Part shown: positions 9,145-18,058 of the stretch, one piece after another
How the letters are laid out: every line of letters begins with the position of its first letter
Numbering within the stretch: position 1 is the first letter of the stretch
Translations under genes and position numbers: made by a program
Assembly: GCF_036844445.1 (NCBI RefSeq)
Contig: NZ_DAIUFV010000001.1
Coordinates: 244,727-308,726 of the forward strand
DNA length: 64,000 nucleotides
Source: Sneathiella sp.
Lineage (GTDB): Bacteria > Pseudomonadota > Alphaproteobacteria > Sneathiellales > Sneathiellaceae
Reading direction: 5' to 3'
Notes under the pieces: model-generated
What the model was told of the DNA's origin: nothing
Databases searched by the model: none
The model's input: the letters and a program-made list of their open reading frames with translations, nothing else

Positions 9145-9807
9145 ATGCGGCGCGAACAGAATGACGAGGGAATTGCAGCCGAGGTGATCTACGATGTGAC
9201 AGCGCGTATCGTCCTTTCGGCCGACTTTTTTACCGCCGGTGAAAGCGCCCTTCACCATCTTGCAGCAATCCTCGTCGCAGAATATGAAACGCCAGTCAAA
9301 GTGCTTCAACTCCACTTCGAAGACGTCTCGCGCGGCGATCACCTCGGGCCTTGCGCTGACCGCTCCGCCCTCGCGAGGGTTTACAATATCCTGCTTGAAG
9401 CGCCCTATTTTTCGGTTGCAGAGGTGACGGGAGCGGTAGAGGGGGATGCCGCGGGGATCGTCCTTGCCTGCGACTGGCGGAGCCTCTCCGCCGGGGGCAG
9501 CCTCTCATTTGATGGGCTGGAGACGGCGGATTCGTGCATTCCGCCGCGTCTCGCAGAACTTGCCGGCGGCTTTGCCGCGCTTGATCTGCTGCTAAGGCGT
9601 CATTCTTTCGGGCGGGAGGAAGCGATCGGCTACGGCCTTGCCGAGGAGCGGGGGGAGGAGCTGCTGGACCTGATCCGAGAGCATGCGAAGAAGCGGGGTA
9701 AATCGTCCATCCGGATTATGCGGGGCGCGGTCCGCGGCGCCGCAAAGGGAGATCAGAGCGTTGTCCGGCTTGTCGCCTCCCTTGCCGCTGTCGGGGAGAA
9801 GGCCTGA
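9145..9807 (+). CDS. Degenerate crotonase-fold protein
   Basis: AEVTGAVEGDAAGIVLACDWR aligns with the crotonase AAVNGxAxGGGxxLALACDxR segment, and EEAIGYGLAEE resembles the (A)EEAxxxGLV helix. The FxAGxDL oxyanion-hole segment is replaced by EDVSRGDHLG. Start taken at ATG 9145 after a gaagg RBS. Confidence 0.55.
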   Translation: MRREQNDEGIAAEVIYDVTARIVLSADFFTAGESALHHLAAILVAEYETPVKVLQLHFEDVSRGDHLGPCADRSALARVYNILLEAPYFSVAEVTGAVEGDAAGIVLACDWRSLSAGGSLSFDGLETADSCIPPRLAELAGGFAALDLLLRRHSFGREEAIGYGLAEERGEELLDLIREHAKKRGKSSIRIMRGAVRGAAKGDQSVVRLVASLAAVGEKA

Positions 9808-9836
9808 GCGCATTTTGACGCGCGATCAGCCGCGTA

Positions 9837-10523
9837 TCATTGATAGGGGCCGGACATATATTTCAGCGCATCTTCCGTCGCCCGGACGATGTGGGTTCGT
9901 GCGGCAATCTCCGCCCGTTCGGAATCTCGGTTTTCGAGCGCCTCGAGAATTTCGAGATGTTCATTGAGACGGCGCAGGGAAATTTCCCGCTTCTCGTCAG
10001 AATCGCGCCAGATCTGCCAGCCTTTTCGCTTGATCCGTGAAAAAGCGATGTTGAGATGCTGCCACTGCGCCTGCACAACCCAGTTGCCGCAATTGTCGGA
10101 AATGGCCTTGTGCAGGTTGTGACTGAGCTGGCTGTGGATTTCCGTCTCCGCCATTTCCGGCGCGTCCAGCATCGGTTCAAACTCTGCCCGGAAATCGAGA
10201 ATAAGGGATTTCGGCATGCGTTTGGCCGAGAGCCGCGCCGCCAGTCCGTCAATGATCTCGCGAAGCTGGTTGATGTTGCGGACCTCATCGCTGTTGATCG
10301 GGCGGATGATCGCGCCGCGGCCATCGAGAAGATCGACGAGGAAATCCCGCTCCAGAATGCTGAGCGCTTCGCGAACCGGCGTCCGGCTGACGCCGAGATC
10401 GCGCGCGCATTCGGAAATCTGGATAAGCTCTCCCGGGGCATATTCCCCTATAATGATTGCCTCTTTAAGGCGTTCGTAGGTGTCGGAACGGACGGCGCCG
10501 GACTTGATTTTCATATTGGCCAT
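9837..10523 (-). CDS. GntR-family transcriptional regulator (FadR/FCD subfamily)
   Basis: Winged-HTH segment YERLKEAIIIGEYAPGELIQISECARDLGVSRTPVREAL followed by an all-helical C-terminal domain. Confidence 0.9.
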   Translation of the reverse strand: MANMKIKSGAVRSDTYERLKEAIIIGEYAPGELIQISECARDLGVSRTPVREALSILERDFLVDLLDGRGAIIRPINSDEVRNINQLREIIDGLAARLSAKRMPKSLILDFRAEFEPMLDAPEMAETEIHSQLSHNLHKAISDNCGNWVVQAQWQHLNIAFSRIKRKGWQIWRDSDEKREISLRRLNEHLEILEALENRDSERAEIAARTHIVRATEDALKYMSGPYQ

Positions 10524-10626
10524 CTCAAAAATATAAATCGTCTGCTTCGTCGCTGATCGGCCCTGACGCGGGCGCTGTCAACGGATCGAAATGAAATACA
10601 CTCTGAACTCATGTTGAATTGAAGGG

Positions 10627-10641
10627 TATCGTCAAACGATA
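10627..10641. promoter_or_regulatory. Candidate GntR-type operator (TATCGTcaaACGATA)
   Basis: 6-bp inverted arms with a core GT-N3-AC, matching the generic GntR/FadR-type operator pattern. Lies about 100 nt upstream of the GntR start. Confidence 0.3.
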
Positions 10642-10864
10642 TTTATGTAAAGCACGGGCGCCGGGAAACCGCCTCGCGCGCGCCGCGATGAAAAGTCCTG
10701 AAAAAAAGCTCTGCGATTATAGCGTGAATTTTCATCCAATTCAGGCGGCGCAAAATCAGCCGCCCATCCGGCCTGACGGGAGCGGCGCGGCGGCAGTATG
10801 CCATGGAAACTTAAGATCTGCGCGCGATTTATTTCCGCTATTTACTAGTTGCATTTTTTCTTAC

Positions 10865-10880
10865 ATGAAAACGTTTTCAT
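10865..10880. promoter_or_regulatory. LacI-family operator candidate O1 (ATGAAAACGTTTTCAT)
   Basis: Perfect 16-bp palindrome with a central CG, the canonical LacI/GalR/PurR operator architecture. Lies just upstream of a TTGACG -35-like hexamer (10882-10887). Confidence 0.6.
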
Positions 10881-10914
10881 ATTGACGCGAAAATGAAGCT
10901 TTATTAGCGTTAAA

Positions 10915-10930
10915 ATGATAACGTTATCAT
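10915..10930. promoter_or_regulatory. LacI-family operator candidate O2 (ATGATAACGTTATCAT)
   Basis: Second perfect 16-bp palindrome, sharing the consensus ATGAWAACGTTWTCAT with O1. Centres are 50 bp apart. It abuts the GGAGGAGG RBS of the LacI gene. Confidence 0.6.
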
Positions 10931-10949
10931 TTGGAGGAGGCAGACGGTT

Positions 10950-11963
10950 TTGGCTCGCAAGAAACTGAGCGCGGCGGTGACGCAGGCCGATGTGGCCCGC
11001 GATGCGGGAGTTTCGGTGGTAACCGTCTCGCGGGCGCTCAGCGATCCGATGCTTGTCGCCGAGGAAACGCGGGATCGCGTCCTGGAATCGGCCGCGCGGC
11101 TCGGCTATACGCCGAACCTGCTTGCAAGCTGGCTCTCCTCGCGCCGCAGCAAGACCATCGGCGTCATAATTCACGAACTCGACTATGCCTATTTCAGCCC
11201 GATCCTGAGCGCGCTCGAGGAAAAGGCGCGCGAGGAGGGGTATCTCGTCATCATGACCGAATCCCTGCGGCAGGTAGCGCTTGAGCGCGAAGTCGTGGAC
11301 CGCTTCCGCCAGCTTTTGGTCTCGGCGATTGTCGTGCATCCGTCCTCCTCGAAAACCGAGCATCTCGAGGAGGCGGATCGGACCGGGACGCCCGTGATCG
11401 CCTTCGCCCGGCCGTGGGCAGGGGGAGATTCCGTCGCCGTCGACAATGTCGAGGCCGGCGCGATTGCGGCGCAGTTCCTGCTTGATCGGATCGGGTCCGA
11501 TGTGATGATCGTCGAGACGGAGGATGCGGAGAATATCCCGGCGCGCAAACGCGTTGTCGGTTTCGCCGACCATTTTTCAAAAGCCGGCCATATGGTCTCG
11601 CCCGAGCAGATCGTTGGGGCCCCGGATACCTCCTTCGAGAGCGGCCGGGCCGCCGCCGACAGGGTGGCCGAGCGCATGCCACGCGCCGTCTTTTGCGTGA
11701 CCGATCGGCTCGCCTTCGGTCTGATCAACCGCCTGCTGGAGAGGGGGGTCAGGGTGCCCGAGGATATTGCTGTTGTCGGCTGCGATAATCTTCCGCAGGC
11801 CGCTTACAGCCAGGTGCCGCTCACGACCGTGAAAATGCCCGTAAACCGGATGAGCAAGCTGATTACCAGCATGGTGTTCGATCGTATCAATCAGCCTGAC
11901 AGGCTGTCGCAGCGGCAGGAGTTGCTGGTGCCGGAACTGATTGTCAGGAATTCCTGTTCATGA
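10950..11963 (+). CDS. LacI-family transcriptional regulator
   Basis: HTH segment VTQADVARDAGVSVVTVSRAL plus a periplasmic-binding-protein-like core (KTIGVII...). TTG start 10 nt after GGAGGAGG. An alternative GTG start lies at the VTQADV codon. Confidence 0.9.
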   Translation: MARKKLSAAVTQADVARDAGVSVVTVSRALSDPMLVAEETRDRVLESAARLGYTPNLLASWLSSRRSKTIGVIIHELDYAYFSPILSALEEKAREEGYLVIMTESLRQVALEREVVDRFRQLLVSAIVVHPSSSKTEHLEEADRTGTPVIAFARPWAGGDSVAVDNVEAGAIAAQFLLDRIGSDVMIVETEDAENIPARKRVVGFADHFSKAGHMVSPEQIVGAPDTSFESGRAAADRVAERMPRAVFCVTDRLAFGLINRLLERGVRVPEDIAVVGCDNLPQAAYSQVPLTTVKMPVNRMSKLITSMVFDRINQPDRLSQRQELLVPELIVRNSCS

Positions 11964-11987
11964 AATGCAATTTAGAGAATAGCAATA

Positions 11988-14096
11988 ATGTCATTGAATA
12001 AGATGAAGCAGGGTGTCGGGGTCGATGTGGGCGGCACCTTTACCGATATTACGGTTGCCGATGAAAACGGATCCTTTTCGACCTTCAAGATCCTGTCGAC
12101 GCCGGATAATTACAGCCGGGCGATCATCGACGGGCTGATGCAGATGAACGCGGCGTCCTGCCTGGAGCCGCGCGATGTCAATCGCTTCATCCACGCCTTC
12201 ACCGTGGCGACGAATGCGCTGTTGACCGGTGAGGGGGCGAAGGTCGGCCTGATCACGACGAAGGGGTTTCGCGACGTGCTGGAGATCGGCCGTCTGCGGA
12301 TGCCGCAGCTTTATGACATGGACTGGGACAAACCGGTCCCGCTGGTGCCACGCCGCCTCCGCATGGAGGTAGCCGAGCGTCTTGACTTCAAAGGAAATAT
12401 CATCACCCCGCTCGATGAGGAAAATGTCGCCGAGGTGGTGAGAAATCTTCAGGCGGCGGGGGTTGAATCGATTGCCGTCTGTTTGCTGCATTCCTATGTA
12501 AATCCGGTACATGAGAAGCGTATTGTCGAGATAATTCAGAATATTGCACCGGATATCTCAACTTCCGCCTCATATCTGGTTCTGCCGGAAATCCGCGAGT
12601 TTGAGCGGACCAGCACGACGGTCGTGAATGCCTTTATCCGCCCGGTGGTGAGCGATTACCTTGGCGCACTCGAAAAGGCGCTCGCCGAAAAGGCGGTGCG
12701 CGCGCCCGTGATGGTGATGCAGTCCTCGGGCGGCATTATCCCGGCAAGCTCGGCGCGGGAATTGCCGGCCTATTGTATCGAATCCGGTCCGGCATCGGGA
12801 GCGATTGCGGCGGCGCGTGTCGGGCGCCAGCTCGGGATCGAGAATATTATCGCCTTTGACATGGGCGGGACAACGGCAAAAGCCTGCCTGATCGAAGGCG
12901 GCATCCCGCGCCTTGCCGCGGAGATGGAAGTTGGCGCCGGCATCAATGTCGGATCGCGCCTCCTCAGCGGCGGGGGCTACAAGGTCCGGGTGCCGACGGT
13001 CGATCTTGCCGAGATCGGCGCGGGCGGCGGCAGTCTCGCCTGGTGCGATAGCGCCGGCGCGCTGCATGTCGGGCCGCGAAGCGCAGGCTCGGTTCCGGGG
13101 CCCGCCTGCTACGGCCTTGGCGGCGACCGCCCGGCCGTCACCGATGCCAATGTCGTGCTCGGGTTTCTGAACCGCGAGCATCTGCTCGACGGCGAGATGA
13201 AAATCCATGCTGCGAAGGCGGAGGAGGCGATCCGCGCCCATGTCGCGGCACCGCTCAAAATGTCCGTCGAGGATGCGGCTTACGGGATCCATGAGGTTGC
13301 CGATGCGACGATGGTGCGCGCCATTCGCGCCGTCTCGACGGAGCAGGGACGCTCGCCGTCCGATTTCACATTGATCGCCTTTGGCGGCAGCGGCCCGGTT
13401 CATGCCGCGACGCTGGCCCGGCAGGCCGGCATCCGCCGCGTTGTTGTGCCGCCGGCGTCCGGGGTTTTCAGCGCCCTCGGGCTGCTGCTGACCGATGTCG
13501 AGCATCGCCTTGTCCGCACCTACTGGGTGGACATGAAGGAGGTCGATCTTGCCCACTTGAAAGCGCTGGCGGCGGAACTCTCGGCCGAGGGTGAAGAACT
13601 GCTCTCCCACGCCGGCTTCACGGCGGCGAATGTGGAGCTCAACTTCGCGCTTGATCTGCGCTACGCCGGACAGAGCGATGAGATTTCCATTCCGATCAAT
13701 GCCGATGCGCTTACCGCCGAGGGCATGAGCGAGGCTGTTGAAGGCTTCCAGCAGGAGCATGAGAACAGCTATGGTTACCGCAGCCACATTGAGCCGGTGC
13801 AGCTCGTCGCCATTCGCCTGCTCGCGCGCGGGATCGACAAGCAGCGGGTCAACCTCTCCTCGCGCATCAATGTCAGGGGGGCACCGTCCGGCGGCAGCAG
13901 GGAGCGGCAGATCTATTTCGGCCCGCAAGGCTGGCGCACATCGCGCGTGATCCGGCGGGAGGAACTGTCGGAGACCGACATTCCGGGCCCGCTCGTGATC
14001 GAGGAATATGACACAACAACCGTCGTCCCGCCGGACGCGGTCGTAAGAAATGCTGCGAACTGCATTCTGATAACCCTGAATGAGGAGGCCGTATGA
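11988..14096 (+). CDS. hyuA: Hydantoinase A/oxoprolinase family ATPase subunit (HyuA-like)
   Basis: GVDVGGTFTDI N-terminal actin-fold ATPase motif. 702 aa, paired with a HyuB-like gene by a 4-nt overlap. Confidence 0.9.
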   Translation: MSLNKMKQGVGVDVGGTFTDITVADENGSFSTFKILSTPDNYSRAIIDGLMQMNAASCLEPRDVNRFIHAFTVATNALLTGEGAKVGLITTKGFRDVLEIGRLRMPQLYDMDWDKPVPLVPRRLRMEVAERLDFKGNIITPLDEENVAEVVRNLQAAGVESIAVCLLHSYVNPVHEKRIVEIIQNIAPDISTSASYLVLPEIREFERTSTTVVNAFIRPVVSDYLGALEKALAEKAVRAPVMVMQSSGGIIPASSARELPAYCIESGPASGAIAAARVGRQLGIENIIAFDMGGTTAKACLIEGGIPRLAAEMEVGAGINVGSRLLSGGGYKVRVPTVDLAEIGAGGGSLAWCDSAGALHVGPRSAGSVPGPACYGLGGDRPAVTDANVVLGFLNREHLLDGEMKIHAAKAEEAIRAHVAAPLKMSVEDAAYGIHEVADATMVRAIRAVSTEQGRSPSDFTLIAFGGSGPVHAATLARQAGIRRVVVPPASGVFSALGLLLTDVEHRLVRTYWVDMKEVDLAHLKALAAELSAEGEELLSHAGFTAANVELNFALDLRYAGQSDEISIPINADALTAEGMSEAVEGFQQEHENSYGYRSHIEPVQLVAIRLLARGIDKQRVNLSSRINVRGAPSGGSRERQIYFGPQGWRTSRVIRREELSETDIPGPLVIEEYDTTTVVPPDAVVRNAANCILITLNEEAV

Positions 14097-15856
14097 CTAC
14101 CCGAGATCCCGTCCGCCTGGCGCTGCTGCGCAATGGCCTGGACGCCATTGCCGATGAAATGGCGGTTACTGTCGTCCGCACGGCGCGCTCCTACGTCATC
14201 AAGGAAGCCATGGACTTTTCGACCGGCCTTATCGCCCGCGACGGGCAACTCGTGGCGCAGGGTCTTTGCCTGCCCGTCCATATGGGCTCGTTCCCGCCGA
14301 CAATCCGCGCGGTTCTCGACAAATTTGGCGATACAATTCGCCCGGGCGACGTTTTTGCCACCAACGATCCTTATACCGGCGGCGGAACGCATTTGCCGGA
14401 TATCTATATTTTCAAGCCGGTGTTTCTGAAAGATGAGCTGATCGGCTTCGCTGCCGCCATCGGCCATCAGACGGATATCGGCGGGCGCGTTGCGGGCGGC
14501 AATGCCTGCGACAGCACGGAAATTTATCAGGAGGGGATCCGTATCCCGCCGATCCGCATCGCCGTGAATGACAAGATTGACCAGTCCTTCATGGAAATAC
14601 TGCGGCTCAACGTGCGCCTGCCCGACAAGGTCGAGGGGGATGTGATGGCGACGATCGCCGCTTGCCGGCGCGGTGAAAAGGGGCTTTTGGAACTTGCGCA
14701 CCGGCACGGCGCCGACAGCTTCGCCGATGATATCAACGCGCTCCTCGATCAGGCGGAGCATATGACGCGCGAGGAGCTGAAAGCGCTGCCCGATGGCGAG
14801 TGGGAGTTTGAGGATTTCCTCGATGACGACGGCTTCACAGACGATCCGCTCCGTTTCTATGTCAAGCTGACCAAGAAGGGGAGCGATCTCACGGTGGATT
14901 TCACGGGAACCTGCGCGCAGGTGCCAAGCTCGATCAACCTGCCAATCGCCATGACGGAATCCTGCGTCTATGCGGCGGTGCGCTCGGTGCTGAGTTCGGA
15001 TCTGCCGACCAACAGCGGCTTCATGCGCGTGATTAACATCATCACCGAGCCGGGCTCGATGGTGCATCCGGTGCCGCCCGGGGCGGTCGCCGCGCGCGGC
15101 CTGACCTCGATGCGTGTCTCCGAGGCGATTTGGGGCGCGCTTTCAAAAATGCTGCCGCATAAGGTCTTCGCCTGCGGCGTGCAGGGCGATTTCGGCGTCA
15201 TTATCGCCGGCTATCGCGACAAGAGCGACCCGTTCGTGCTGCTGGAATTCCTCTTCGGCACCTGGGGCGGGCGACCCAACAAGGATGCCAATGACGGGCT
15301 CGCCTCGCTTGCCGTCAACTACTCTAACTCCCCGGTCGAGATTATCGAAGGCGAGCAGCCGGTCCGCATCGAACGCTACGGCTTTCGCGATGATTCCGGT
15401 GGGCCCGGCCGCTATCGCGGGGGCCTTGGCCTGATCCGCGAATACTGCCTCGTTGGGGTGGATGAAGCGGTGCTGCAGGTCCGCAGCGATCGCCAGAAGT
15501 TCCAGCCCTACGGCTTGCAGGGCGGTCATCCCGGCGCCTTCGCCCGCAACTACATCAATTTCGGGAAGGACGATGAGGAGCGGCTGCCGGGCAAATTCAT
15601 GCGCACGCTGAAACGTGGCCAGACCTACTCGGCTTTCCTTGCAGGCGGCGGCGGCTGGGGCAACCCGCTCGACCGCCCGCCCGCCGATGTGCTGGAGAAT
15701 GTGCTCGATGACAAGGTCTCGCTCGAGACCGCGCGCGAAGCCTATGGCGTGGTGATCGATAGCGACGCCTGGGTGGTTGATGAGGCGGCGACAGAGCGCC
15801 TCCGCCAATCGCTCCGCCATGCGGGCGCGTCAACGCGGGAGGCGGCTGCCGAATGA
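14093..15856 (+). CDS. hyuB: Hydantoinase B/oxoprolinase family subunit (HyuB-like)
   Basis: TNDPYTGGGTHLPDI motif characteristic of HyuB, oxoprolinase and acetone-carboxylase alpha-type subunits. 587 aa. Confidence 0.9.
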   Translation: MTTRDPVRLALLRNGLDAIADEMAVTVVRTARSYVIKEAMDFSTGLIARDGQLVAQGLCLPVHMGSFPPTIRAVLDKFGDTIRPGDVFATNDPYTGGGTHLPDIYIFKPVFLKDELIGFAAAIGHQTDIGGRVAGGNACDSTEIYQEGIRIPPIRIAVNDKIDQSFMEILRLNVRLPDKVEGDVMATIAACRRGEKGLLELAHRHGADSFADDINALLDQAEHMTREELKALPDGEWEFEDFLDDDGFTDDPLRFYVKLTKKGSDLTVDFTGTCAQVPSSINLPIAMTESCVYAAVRSVLSSDLPTNSGFMRVINIITEPGSMVHPVPPGAVAARGLTSMRVSEAIWGALSKMLPHKVFACGVQGDFGVIIAGYRDKSDPFVLLEFLFGTWGGRPNKDANDGLASLAVNYSNSPVEIIEGEQPVRIERYGFRDDSGGPGRYRGGLGLIREYCLVGVDEAVLQVRSDRQKFQPYGLQGGHPGAFARNYINFGKDDEERLPGKFMRTLKRGQTYSAFLAGGGGWGNPLDRPPADVLENVLDDKVSLETAREAYGVVIDSDAWVVDEAATERLRQSLRHAGASTREAAAE

Positions 15857-16922
15857 CCGGGCTCGATCAGATTGCAACGCCGTTCCTTGCCGTGGACATC
15901 GATCTTCTCGATGAGAACATTGCGAGGATGCGCGATGCGATCATCGGCAACGGCATCCGCTGGCGGCCGCATATCAAGTCGATCAAATCGCCGCCGATTG
16001 CGACGAGGCTTCAGGCGGCGGGGGCGGAGGGGGTCACCTGCGCGAAAGTCGGCGAGGCGGAGATTATGGTTCGCGCCGGCATTCGCGACATTCTGATCGC
16101 CAATCAGGTGGTGGACCCGGCCGCCATCCGCCGCCTTGTCGCGCTCAACAAGGACGCCTCGGTTATGGCGGCGGTTGATAGCCTCGTGAACGCCCGCGCG
16201 CTCTGCGAGGCGGCGCTGGCCGCAAATCTCCGGCTCCCCGTTCTGATTGAGGTGGATGTCGGGCTTAAGCGCGCCGGCATCCCGCCGGGCGAGGGCTTGC
16301 GGATTTCGCCGCAGCGCTCCGCGATCTGCCGGGGCTTGATCTCAAGGGCGTGATGGCGTGGGAAGGACATACCACCGCCATCAAGGATGCGGCGGCAAAG
16401 CAGGCGGCGGTCGAGAGTGCGGTTGCGGCGCTTGTCGAGAGCGCCCGCCGGATGGAGGCGCGCGGCATCCCGGCCCCGATCGTGAGCTGCGGCGGGACGG
16501 GAACCTACTGGCTGACGGCGAAATGTCCGGGCGTGACAGAAATTCAGGCCGGCGGCGGCATTTTCTCTGATCTTCGTTACCGGACCGAATTCGCCGTGCC
16601 GAATGACTATGCCCTGACGGTCTGGACAACGGTCACCAGCCGCCCGAACCCCAAGCGAATTATCGTTGACGCCGGCTGGAAAACCATGGCCGCCTATCCG
16701 CGCCTGCCGATGCCGGCCTATATGCCGCATATCGCGGCGGTCAAGCTGTCTGCCGAACATACCACCATTGAACTGTCGCAGCCTTTTTCCCTTCCGGCGG
16801 TCGGGGAGCGGCTGCAGTTCATTGTGGGATATGCCGATTCGACCGTGTTCCTGAATGACAAGATTTACGCCGTCCGTAAAAATAACATCGAGGCCGTATG
16901 GCCAATCATAAGGGCGGAGTAA
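15853..16922 (+). pseudogene. DSD1-like PLP enzyme (D-serine dehydratase/D-threonine aldolase family) interrupted by a 1-nt frameshift near 16285-16297
   Basis: ORF 15853-16353 carries the alanine-racemase-like barrel (WRPHIKSIKS PLP-lysine motif, EVDVGLKRAGIPPGEG). ORF 16350-16922 continues the same fold (GVMAWEGHT...). Reading frame 0 backwards from 16350 gives LADFAAALRDLPGLDLKGVMAWEGH, which joins seamlessly onto ...GIPPGEG of frame 1. Confidence 0.7.
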
Positions 16923-16972
16923 AGGCGAGTAGCTTATGTGTGATCCACCAAGACGACAGAGAGGAGAGAATT

Positions 16973-17998
16973 ATGAGGAGAAGAAGTCTTTTGACCGGCG
17001 CCTTAAGCCTTGCCCTGTGCGCAGCGGCTTTGACCTTTGGTCATGGAGAGGCGAGAGCCGAGGATAACCCCAAACTTGACTGGGTGCTGGTTTCCACGGA
17101 ATCGACCCAGGGTCATCATACCGTGCAGGACCTGCAGAAATTTGCCGATGGCGTTGCGGCGCGCACCGGCGGCAATTTCAACATCCGTGTGGCGCTGGAA
17201 GGGGAGCTTGGCTTCAAGCGCGATGCCTATGTTCGGGCGTTGCAAAGCGAGCAGATCCAGATGGCGTCCTTTGATCCCGGCTTCCTGACGGCGCAGGTCT
17301 CGCACCTCGGCGTCTTCAACCTGCCGATGCTGCAGGATGGCTCGCTCGAGCAGCTCACGCTCATCGAACAGGCAACGCGGAGCCAGACCATCGATGCATT
17401 TGAGAAGCTGAACGCGATCCCGGTCGCCTGGTTCTCTTTCACCACGCAGGAGATGATCAGCAGCGTCGAGATCCCGGACTGGTCGAACCTTAACGGGCTC
17501 AAGATCCGCACCTGGCGCGAGCTCGATTCCAAGCTCGTTGAAGCCCTGAACGGCACGCCGATCAACATTGCCGGTTCCGAAGTCTACACGGCGATGCAGC
17601 GCGGCGTGGTGGCCGCTGCCAACACCGGAACGCCGGCCATGGTTGACCGATCGCTCCAGGAAGTCGGCAAGTATCTCTATCGCTTCGGCGGGGCGCCGGC
17701 CAGCCAGTATCTGGTGGTCAATATCAACGCCTACGACAAGCTCCCGAACGCCTACAAGCGCGCCATCATGCTGGAGGGCTGGGCTCTCACCGACCGCGCC
17801 AAGCGCTCGGTCGTGGATGAGGACGGCAAGGCTGTCGACATCATGGCGAAAGTCGGCGTGAAGGAATATCAGATCCCGGCAGACCAGCGTGAGGCCATGC
17901 AGAAGGCCGCCGCGCCGATCTGGGAAGAATGGGCTGCACGCTCACCCGCCAACAAGCAGGCTCTCGACGCCGTGAAACAGGCAATGGGACTGGAGTAA
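16973..17998 (+). CDS. TRAP transporter substrate-binding protein (DctP family)
   Basis: MRRRSLLTGALSLALCAAALTF signal peptide after a gaggagag RBS, then a DctP-like body. The upstream extension to 16898 is rejected. Confidence 0.85.
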   Translation: MRRRSLLTGALSLALCAAALTFGHGEARAEDNPKLDWVLVSTESTQGHHTVQDLQKFADGVAARTGGNFNIRVALEGELGFKRDAYVRALQSEQIQMASFDPGFLTAQVSHLGVFNLPMLQDGSLEQLTLIEQATRSQTIDAFEKLNAIPVAWFSFTTQEMISSVEIPDWSNLNGLKIRTWRELDSKLVEALNGTPINIAGSEVYTAMQRGVVAAANTGTPAMVDRSLQEVGKYLYRFGGAPASQYLVVNINAYDKLPNAYKRAIMLEGWALTDRAKRSVVDEDGKAVDIMAKVGVKEYQIPADQREAMQKAAAPIWEEWAARSPANKQALDAVKQAMGLE

Positions 17999-18058
17999 AC
18001 CCCGCATCGGACCGCCGCCCGAGCCGCGGCGGTCCGGCTGGTGGCGAAAGGAGCTTAC

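Noticed and set aside
10619-10885. 88-codon ORF in the long GntR/LacI intergenic region, and the possibility of an sRNA there.
   Set aside because: The ORF has no RBS, has an implausible composition and runs through the operator/promoter elements. I cannot support an sRNA call from sequence alone. No terminator-like hairpin was seen.
16281-16353. Programmed ribosomal frameshift as the explanation for the split DSD1-like gene.
   Set aside because: I saw no slippery heptamer (X XXY YYZ) or downstream structure at the junction. A 1-nt indel in a G/C run, whether a mutation or a sequencing error, is the simpler explanation.
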